Position numbers and translations under genes: made by a program
From: Candidatus Bathyarchaeia archaeon
Lineage (GTDB): Archaea; Thermoproteota; Bathyarchaeia; Bathyarchaeales; Bathycorpusculaceae
Assembly (NCBI GenBank): GCA_037481775.1
Contig: JBBFKZ010000007.1
Coordinates: 55,958 to 78,638, forward strand
Reading direction: 5' to 3'
Length of the DNA: 22,681 bases
In this document: positions 8,710 through 14,925 of the stretch, piece by piece
Layout of the letters: every line of letters starts with the position of its first letter
Position numbering within the stretch: position 1 is the first letter of the stretch
Notes under the pieces: generated by a model
Seen by the model: only the letters and a program-made list of their open reading frames with translations
Told to the model about the DNA's origin: nothing
Databases searched by the model: none

Positions 8710-9803
8710 TAATTCGTTTTCTTTCTTATCAACAGATAAAGCAGCAAGGGCCCGCCTAAAAACGCTGTGATTGCACCTACCGGCAATACTATGGGTGCAA
8801 GAACTCTTCTTGCCAACGTGTCCGCAAATAGAAGCAAAACAGCGCCGAATAGACTTGAGGAAATTATCAGGAACTTTTCATCACCGCCAATAATAGCGCG
8901 GCAGATATGAGGCGAAACCAAACCAATAAAGCCAATAGGTCCAGTGAAACTTACGACCGTCGCAGTAGAGAGACATGCTGTTATGAAAACAAGCTTTCTT
9001 ACTCGGTTTACCTCTACGCCTAAGCCTTTCGCAGTATCATCGCCCATTTTCATAATGTTAAGATCCCATGACAACCGCAGGTTAATTGTCGTGCTCAAAA
9101 TTAATACAACAAATATGTAGGGAGTTTGCCACCAAGCCGCCCTTGAGAGGTCGCCGATTGTCCAGAAAACCGTTGCCGCGACAGCATTAGACTCCGCAAA
9201 ATATTGCAGGATAGTTGTGCATGCTGAAAAAATGTACATTATTGCGATCCCTGCTAAAATTACGGTTTCAGGAGACAGCCCTCTCTTTTTTGTTAGCAGA
9301 AGAATGACGATAACGGGAATCAAAGAGAAGATAAAAGCATTAAGTATAATCAAGAAAGGCCCATCAGTAAGTCCTCTGCCAAGTATTATGCCTATAGACG
9401 CGCCTAAGCTTGCACCTGCTGAGACACCTAAGGTGTAGGGGGTGGCAAGGGGATTTCTAAGGATTGCTTGCGTAGAAGTGCCTGCTATGGCCAATGTTGA
9501 ACCGGCCAAAACTGCCAAGAGTATTCGCGGCAGCCGCAGATTCCATACAACATTATCAGCGAGTTCGCTTACACTGAACCACTCTGGGAAAAACTTTGCG
9601 AATACAGCAGAGTAAGCTTCAAAAAAAGACAAGGAAGCGGAACCAAGAGCAAGAGCAACTCCTGCCACTGCAAAAAGAAGAACAGCGCAGGAGACTATGA
9701 ACAAGCTTCTCTTCAAGAGTAGCCTTCGATACTTCAGCTTTTCATTTTCAGCAACCGAATTGTTTTGTTTGGAAGCAGTGTCTATTCGTTCTTTGTCCAC
9801 CAT
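8706..9803 (-). CDS. FecCD/BtuC family ABC transporter permease
   Basis: VWNLRLPRILLA, RNPLATPYTLGVSAGA, GDDTAKGLG, GPIGFIGLVSPHI, LPVGAITAFLGGP. Confidence 0.95.
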   Translation of the reverse strand: MVDKERIDTASKQNNSVAENEKLKYRRLLLKRSLFIVSCAVLLFAVAGVALALGSASLSFFEAYSAVFAKFFPEWFSVSELADNVVWNLRLPRILLAVLAGSTLAIAGTSTQAILRNPLATPYTLGVSAGASLGASIGIILGRGLTDGPFLIILNAFIFSLIPVIVILLLTKKRGLSPETVILAGIAIMYIFSACTTILQYFAESNAVAATVFWTIGDLSRAAWWQTPYIFVVLILSTTINLRLSWDLNIMKMGDDTAKGLGVEVNRVRKLVFITACLSTATVVSFTGPIGFIGLVSPHICRAIIGGDEKFLIISSSLFGAVLLLFADTLARRVLAPIVLPVGAITAFLGGPLLLYLLIRKKTNY

Positions 9804-10597
9804 ATCATTGCCACCTTCATTTTGCGACTTAGCAAAAACTTTCCGTTATCTTTCACCAAGATTCGACGCAGGTATTCTCTTAATTTCCCTTCTTTTTCGG
9901 CCGATATGTGATATAATTCCATGAATTTTGATACTGCATCATCTATGCTACCATAACTTTTCGTTGAGGTATAGTCCCAGATGTCCACGTTGGCCAGTAT
10001 GCCCAGATTATGAAGAATATTATAAATGTAGATGTAATCTGGCCAGATGAAGACCGTGTCTCCATAAATTATTTTCTGCAACTCCTCTGTCATCCATTTA
10101 GATGCGGACAAGAAAATATAAACTCCTTTTTTGGCAAGAGAATCTATCGTTAAAAGAGCCTTTTCAATATCAACCATAAAAAGTGAAAAAGAAGCTATCG
10201 CCACATCGCAGAGACTAATATAATTATAAGCCTGCAAATCCTCTAAGGAACTATTAATGTAATGTATATTCTTGATGTTTCCTTTTTCAGCGTTTGCCTT
10301 CAAAAGTTCCAGCATATTTTTTGAGGGTTCCAAAACGATAACCTGTCTGACACGTTTAGCCAATGGTATTGTTAGCCGACCTGTGCCTGCTCCAACATCC
10401 AATACTGTATACTCAGGCAGTAACAGTAGTTTATCAAGTTGGCTCTTTGTTAGATCGCTCATGTAAGCCATGTTTTCGTTGAATTCGTTTGCGTGTTTGT
10501 CCCAATAGCTTGGTTTACAAATTTCAGTTCTATACGTGTCAAGAAGCATTATTCGCCACATTTCTCCCCAGTTTATCGCACACACAGCATTGACCAC
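9782..10597 (-). CDS. Class I SAM-dependent methyltransferase associated with the metal-chelate ABC operon
   Basis: VLDVGAGTGRL SAM motif, LEPSKNML, N-terminal YWDKHA; lies between binding protein and permease. Start uncertain. Confidence 0.88.
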   Translation of the reverse strand: MVNAVCAINWGEMWRIMLLDTYRTEICKPSYWDKHANEFNENMAYMSDLTKSQLDKLLLLPEYTVLDVGAGTGRLTIPLAKRVRQVIVLEPSKNMLELLKANAEKGNIKNIHYINSSLEDLQAYNYISLCDVAIASFSLFMVDIEKALLTIDSLAKKGVYIFLSASKWMTEELQKIIYGDTVFIWPDYIYIYNILHNLGILANVDIWDYTSTKSYGSIDDAVSKFMELYHISAEKEGKLREYLRRILVKDNGKFLLSRKMKVAMIWWTKNE

Positions 10598-10608
10598 CGC
10601 TTGTTATC

Positions 10609-10645
10609 AGAAAAACCAAAAAATGGGAAAGAGAATGGGGAAGAA
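10609..10645 (-). terminator. Pyrimidine/T-rich tract after the binding-protein gene (possible partial terminator)
   Basis: Minus strand reads TTCTTCCCCATTCTCTTTCCCATTTTTTGGTTTTTCT just after the stop. Confidence 0.4.
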
Positions 10646-10654
10646 CTGCATTGT

Positions 10655-12214
10655 TTACTGCGCTCCATTGGGTGCGCCTACTGTGTCACCGTTGATGCTC
10701 AAGGTGGGATACAGGAATACACCGTGCTCATCTAAGTTGTAGTTTAATCGCAGGAACCTTGTAACGTACTCTTGATGTATGGTTTGAGGGTTCCAGTCAC
10801 TGAACAAGTCAGGGTAAAGCACCTTGGACAGGTAAACTGCGCCTAGAACGCCGCCCATTGCGTTGTTTCTGAAGTCACCTGCAATTATGTAGACATGGTT
10901 ATTCTTGAAGGCGCTAACGCTGGCGAACATTGGTTGTGAAGTGTAGTTTTGCAAACAGTTCCTTATGCTTGTTACGTCGTCTACGTCCATTCCTTGTGCT
11001 GGATCAGCGTTCATCACACCGCTGAACGTGTAGCGCACCGTGTGCAGGAAAATGTAGTCAGGGTTCTGCTGTATTATCCATTCAGCATCGATGTTAACGG
11101 AAGACGAATTGAAGTAAGTAGGAAGACTCGCAGCTATGTTTGCACCTCCTGCTAAAATGCAGACTTGCCCCAGCGTGTCAAGTGTGGCGTAAGCCTTGAT
11201 GGTCGTGGAGGTTGTGTAGGGATAGTTTGTCAGTAACACTTTTTGTTTTTGGCTTTCTGTTAGTGTGCTTGTTCTGTCTCTTATAGTGTTGGTTAAGTTA
11301 AGCAGCCAATTTGCATACTCTGTTGCCTTGTCCACTTTATTGAAGATGTAGCCCGCCTTCAGTATGCCCTGGAAGAATGCTGATGCCTCTGGGTGTGTGA
11401 CGTTGGGATAGTATAAGCCCAAAAAGACGACATCAACACCTGGTAATTTTGAGGCTTTTTCAGAGATCGCTGAAGGCGTGTTAGAGAACGTCAAGAGCAT
11501 GTCTGGGTTTAAGCTTAGAACGAGTTCGTAATCTGGCGTGTAGAGTTGGCCGACAGAAACTATTCGATCAGCGTTTTCTGGGAAATAGATTGATTTGAGC
11601 TTTTCCACAGCGAAGTCTATGCCAACGACTTTGTTTTCTATGCCTAGTACGCGTACCAGTTCAGCGTTCTGGATGTACTCGATTACTATTCGGTTGACTG
11701 GAAGCGACACTGTAATAACGTTGCCGTTACCGTCAAGCAAGGTTAGTTTTGTTGCGTTGCCGTTTATTATGGAGTTGATTTGATCTATATCTTGCTGGTC
11801 TATTGTGCCGTCATTGTTTGCGTCAGCAAATCTGGTTGTGGATGCTGTGCCGTTAATTATTCTCCTCACGTATTCTATGTCGTTCGCGTCTATTTTGTCA
11901 TCCATGTTGGCGTTCCCATAAATTTCAAGCACCAAGTTAAGCGAAGACACGATATGCTGAGGAGTCGCGGTTGGTTGCGGAGATTCTGTTGGTTGAGGAG
12001 TTGAAGTGGGTTCGGGGCTTGTTGTTGCTTGCGGCGTTGCGGTTGGTTGTGGCGAAGAGGTGGCTTGCGGCGTCGCCGTTGGTTGAGTTGTGTTTGGTTG
12101 CGTGTTTGTTGTGGGTTGGAACCAGTTTTGGCTGTAACCTATGACGGCTGCGGAAAGTATTAGTGCGGTTATTACTATGGCTACGATTGCGGTTTTGTTC
12201 ATTTGCGTCACCAT
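10655..12214 (-). CDS. ABC substrate-binding protein (Fec/Btu class III type) with N-terminal membrane anchor, Pro/Thr linker and dockerin-like domain
   Basis: Hydrophobic N-terminus; QPTATP repeats; GNANMDDKIDANDI...ADANNDGTIDQQDI; PVNRIV, VVGID, PDYELVLSLNPD, AGGANIA, IDAEWIIQQNPDYIF, LSKVLYPDLF. Confidence 0.92.
   Translation of the reverse strand: MVTQMNKTAIVAIVITALILSAAVIGYSQNWFQPTTNTQPNTTQPTATPQATSSPQPTATPQATTSPEPTSTPQPTESPQPTATPQHIVSSLNLVLEIYGNANMDDKIDANDIEYVRRIINGTASTTRFADANNDGTIDQQDIDQINSIINGNATKLTLLDGNGNVITVSLPVNRIVIEYIQNAELVRVLGIENKVVGIDFAVEKLKSIYFPENADRIVSVGQLYTPDYELVLSLNPDMLLTFSNTPSAISEKASKLPGVDVVFLGLYYPNVTHPEASAFFQGILKAGYIFNKVDKATEYANWLLNLTNTIRDRTSTLTESQKQKVLLTNYPYTTSTTIKAYATLDTLGQVCILAGGANIAASLPTYFNSSSVNIDAEWIIQQNPDYIFLHTVRYTFSGVMNADPAQGMDVDDVTSIRNCLQNYTSQPMFASVSAFKNNHVYIIAGDFRNNAMGGVLGAVYLSKVLYPDLFSDWNPQTIHQEYVTRFLRLNYNLDEHGVFLYPTLSINGDTVGAPNGAQ
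11957..12118 (-). repeat. Degenerate 18-nt tandem repeat encoding a Q/P/T/S linker
   Basis: QPTATP-QATSSP-QPTATP-QATTSP-EPTSTP-QPTESP-QPTATP hexapeptide periodicity. Confidence 0.85.
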
Positions 12215-12217
12215 TTG

Positions 12218-12245
12218 GTGCTACTTTTTAGCAGAAAGGTAATAC
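12218..12245. promoter_or_regulatory. NikR-like operator 1: GTGCTAC-N14-GTAATAC
   Basis: Imperfect 28-bp dyad 3 nt upstream of the binding-protein ATG, between it and a minus-strand AAAGTATAAG TATA-like element. Confidence 0.6.
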
Positions 12246-12254
12246 TTATACTTT

Positions 12255-12282
12255 GTGTTACTACATGTAAAAAAGGTAACAC
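12255..12282. promoter_or_regulatory. NikR-like operator 2: GTGTTAC-N14-GTAACAC
   Basis: Perfect 7-bp inverted repeat with a 14-bp AT-rich spacer, same geometry as the neighbouring site. Confidence 0.68.
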
Positions 12283-12328
12283 TATTATACCGCCTACATA
12301 AATTATTAACAAGCAAGAGGCAAAGCAA

Positions 12329-13102
12329 ATGAACATAACAGTACATGGCGTAACATTCAGCTACCGCAGCATCCCCTCGCTTACAGGAGTATCCTTAACA
12401 CTCGAAGAGTCAGAAGTTCTAGGCCTAATAGGCCCCAACGGTTCAGGAAAGACCACTCTCCTAAAATGCATGAACAAAATTCTGGAGCCAAAGCAGGGCA
12501 CAATTCTGCTTGACGAAAAAGATATAAAGAAGATGAGCAGACTGGACGTAGCAAAGCACATAGGATATGTACCACAAACATCAGTAAGCAACCCAACCGC
12601 GATCCCAGTGTTCGAAGTTGTGCTGATGGGCAGGCGGCCGCACATTGGTTGGCAGAGTAGCGAGCAGGACACTGCAAAAGTGTGGGATGCACTAAAGATG
12701 CTCGGCATCGAGCACTTGGCAATGCGCGATTTCTATGAATTAAGCGGCGGCGAACAGCAAAGAGTTCTGATCGCAAGGTCTTTAGCGCAGGAAGCCAAAG
12801 TGCTTTTGCTCGATGAGCCAACCAGCAACTTGGACATAAGACATCAGCTGGAAGTGATGAATTTAACAAGAAAACTGGTTACAGAAGAAAAAATTGCCGC
12901 TGCAGTTGCAATCCACGACCTTAATCTTGCGTTCAGATACTGCGACAAAATTGTGATGCTGAAAGCTGGCAAAGTGTTCGCGGCAGGCGAAGCGCGCGCA
13001 GTTTTGTTGCCTGAAATTTTGAGAAAAGTTTACGGCGTTGAAGTTGTAGTAAACCAAACCAACAATATACCATACATTGTACCCATCGCGCCTCTGCAAT
13101 AG
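12329..13102 (+). CDS. FecE/BtuD family ABC transporter ATPase
   Basis: Walker A GPNGSGKTT, YVPQ, LSGGEQQRV, LLLDEPTSNLD, IHDLNLA. Confidence 0.96.
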   Translation: MNITVHGVTFSYRSIPSLTGVSLTLEESEVLGLIGPNGSGKTTLLKCMNKILEPKQGTILLDEKDIKKMSRLDVAKHIGYVPQTSVSNPTAIPVFEVVLMGRRPHIGWQSSEQDTAKVWDALKMLGIEHLAMRDFYELSGGEQQRVLIARSLAQEAKVLLLDEPTSNLDIRHQLEVMNLTRKLVTEEKIAAAVAIHDLNLAFRYCDKIVMLKAGKVFAAGEARAVLLPEILRKVYGVEVVVNQTNNIPYIVPIAPLQ

Positions 13103-13150
13103 GCGCGCTAGAGGGCATCAACCGCCAAAGCACGCCAAAAACCGCAGGAG

Positions 13151-13224
13151 AGCCTCGGGCGGGATTTGAACCCGCGACCATTACCTTACCAAGGTAACGC
13201 CCCGCCGGGCTAGGCTACCGAGGC
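13151..13224 (-). tRNA. tRNA-Thr(GGT)
   Basis: GCCTCGG/CCGAGGC acceptor, TTACC-TTGGTAA-GGTAA anticodon arm, GCGGG-TTCAAAT-CCCGC T arm; no intron, CCA not encoded. Confidence 0.96.
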
Positions 13225-13340
13225 GCAACTGGTTCTCCGTGAACAAAACGTGCGGTATGAAATAAAATGCTTACGGTTCGCGTATAGGGTTAAATAAATA
13301 TTAATGGATAACGTATTTTCACTCTCCGAGTGGTAAGCCA

Positions 13341-13425
13341 GCGGGGGTCTCCAAGTCTGGTCAAAGGAGCAGGGCTTAGGACCCTGTCGCGTAGGCGTTC
13401 GTGGGTTCAAATCCCACCCCCCGCA
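13341..13425 (+). tRNA. tRNA-Leu(TAG)
   Basis: GCGGGGG/CCCCCGC acceptor, CAGGG-CTTAGGA-CCCTG anticodon arm, long variable arm, GTGGG-TTCAAAT-CCCAC T arm; divergent from tRNA-Thr. Confidence 0.96.
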
Positions 13426-13453
13426 TTTTCAAAGGAACCCGCGAACGTTTCCA

Positions 13454-13752
13454 GTGAAGAATCAGAGCGAGATTTTAGCGAGATACATGAGCTCTCTGCT
13501 CTGCTCTAAAGCGTTGAAGGCTTCGACTGTGGAGCGTAAAGTTAGAGCCTTGAAGAGTCTGCTTAAGCGTGGCGTTGAGTTGAATCCTGAGGCTGTGGTT
13601 AGCTTTCTGAATGTTGTGGTTGGAGTAGTGGAACTAAGGATTTGGTGCTTGATTCTTTCAAGGATTATCTGCGAATGATTGGCTTGAGCGTGGAGTTGCC
13701 TAAGGTTAGAGTTGAAGAGAAGCTTCCCTTTCTGCCCACAGACGTTGAGCTT
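13454..13752 (+). pseudogene. Tyrosine integrase remnant (core-binding region only), frameshifted and truncated
   Basis: KASTVERKVRALKSLLKRGVELNPEAVVSFLN, frameshift near 13614, then WSSGTKDLVLDSFKDYLRMIGLSVELPKVRVEEKLPFLPTDVEL. Resembles the pre-catalytic part of archaeal tRNA-targeting integrases; directly 3' of a tRNA; no R-H-R-Y domain follows. Confidence 0.7.
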
Positions 13753-14000
13753 GTTGAGCGCTTGCGAGGTGTCGAGGAAGAATTAAAGTAGCTTCGCGAG
13801 GAGAACAGGCTTTTGAAGAGGCTGTTGGAGAACCTGGGCAACGAGCTTAAGCGCTACCGTGCTCAGTCCTTTCTCCAGGAGACTTTTGAAGGTGTAAGAG
13901 AGGTTTGACAGGGGTTCTTGTAGAATTGTTGCGGAAGGGCTGATCCTGCATTGAAACGTAGATTTTGGTGCATCTAAACATCGAGCCATCTGACGCAGGC
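13747..14000 (+). pseudogene. Decayed coiled-coil (probably plus wHTH) protein fragment
   Basis: ELVERLRGVEEELK*LREENRLLKRLLENLGNELKRYRAQSFLQETFEGVR, then after a frameshift VLVELLRKG*SCIET*ILVHLNIEPSD: protein-like heptads with several in-frame stops. Confidence 0.55.
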
Positions 14001-14516
14001 ATGTCTGAGCGCCTGCCGACGCGGGCTGAGTGGCTTGATGCCGTGGCCATAAGGGATGTGTGGAGCAGGTATGCGGAGGCTGCTGAGCAGCAGCTGTGTG
14101 CGGTGAGGGCTCAAATCATCGGGAGGGTTGTTGCGCTTTTTAATGTGGTGGTTTCTTTTGCGTCGCCGTTCGTGGTGAGGCTGGAGGGCGACGGCGCTTT
14201 AGTGGTGGATGTTGACTGGGAGAGGTGGCAGTGGCTGGGGTGGAGGGATTATCCGAGTGGTACTCCAGCGGCGGCTGCTCAGTATGAGTTGTTGGAGGAG
14301 ATTCTCCGGAAGGAGCTGAAGCTGGCTGCGAGGGCCATGTGGCAGAGCGAGGCTGGGGGCAGGGCGTTGTTGAAGTATAGGGTTGAGCGTGACTGGCTGA
14401 TTGAGGGGTTGCGGAGGTATATAGATGAAATTAAAGGCATGCTTCCGGTGATTGCTGAAAAAATCCGAAACAAGCAGGCCGCTGCTCAAGGCGCTGGTGT
14501 GGCTGGCGGCGCGTAA
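14001..14516 (+). CDS. Orphan hypothetical protein (171 aa), probably mobile-element derived
   Basis: Intact ORF from ATG 14001; G-rich coding strand distinct from its neighbours; Trp-rich core DWERWQWLGWRDYP. Confidence 0.6.
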   Translation: MSERLPTRAEWLDAVAIRDVWSRYAEAAEQQLCAVRAQIIGRVVALFNVVVSFASPFVVRLEGDGALVVDVDWERWQWLGWRDYPSGTPAAAAQYELLEEILRKELKLAARAMWQSEAGGRALLKYRVERDWLIEGLRRYIDEIKGMLPVIAEKIRNKQAAAQGAGVAGGA

Positions 14517-14877
14517 GTGGGTGATGGTTTTTGTGGTTCTGTTATTTTGTGTGTTTGTGCTTTTTTCTAGTTGGCTGGCGTTGCTTAAGCCTAACGCATT
14601 TTTTAGTTGTTCGCCATAGCGACGAATCAATGTAGGTTTAAAAGCGGTGGCTTTTCGCGGTTTTTGCCGAAACCTTAACATCATAATAGGTCGGGCGCAT
14701 AGGCCTGCCACTGTTAACAAAAGTTGGAACTTTAACCGGCAGAAATACTATTAGGCGTTGATAAACATGGGTTTGCTGGGGCTCTGGGCATTCGCTTAAA
14801 GGAGAAGAGAAGAATGGCAATCTGCTGCTACAATTGCCTCTTTAAGCCCAAAGCCCTTTCAGCTCGAATTTGAAATT

Positions 14878-14924
14878 AAAAAAAGGGAAAATGGCGGCAT
14901 AGCACTGTGCTTGTTTTCGCCATT
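14878..14924 (-). terminator. Stem-loop plus T-tract terminator after the beta-propeller gene
   Basis: Minus strand AATGGCG...AGCACAGTGCT...CGCCATT followed by TTCCCTTTTTTT. Confidence 0.6.
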
Positions 14925-14925
14925 G

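Noticed and set aside
11957-12118. Possible CRISPR-like repeat array
   Set aside because: In-frame low-complexity linker without unique spacers; no CRISPR array or cas genes seen in the window.
12215-12328. Cobalamin riboswitch upstream of the Btu-like transporter
   Set aside because: Region is short, AT-rich and lacks B12-box sequence; the dyads are a better explanation.
14199-14720. 173-aa minus-strand ORF
   Set aside because: P/L/Q-rich antisense shadow of the G-rich plus-strand ORF.
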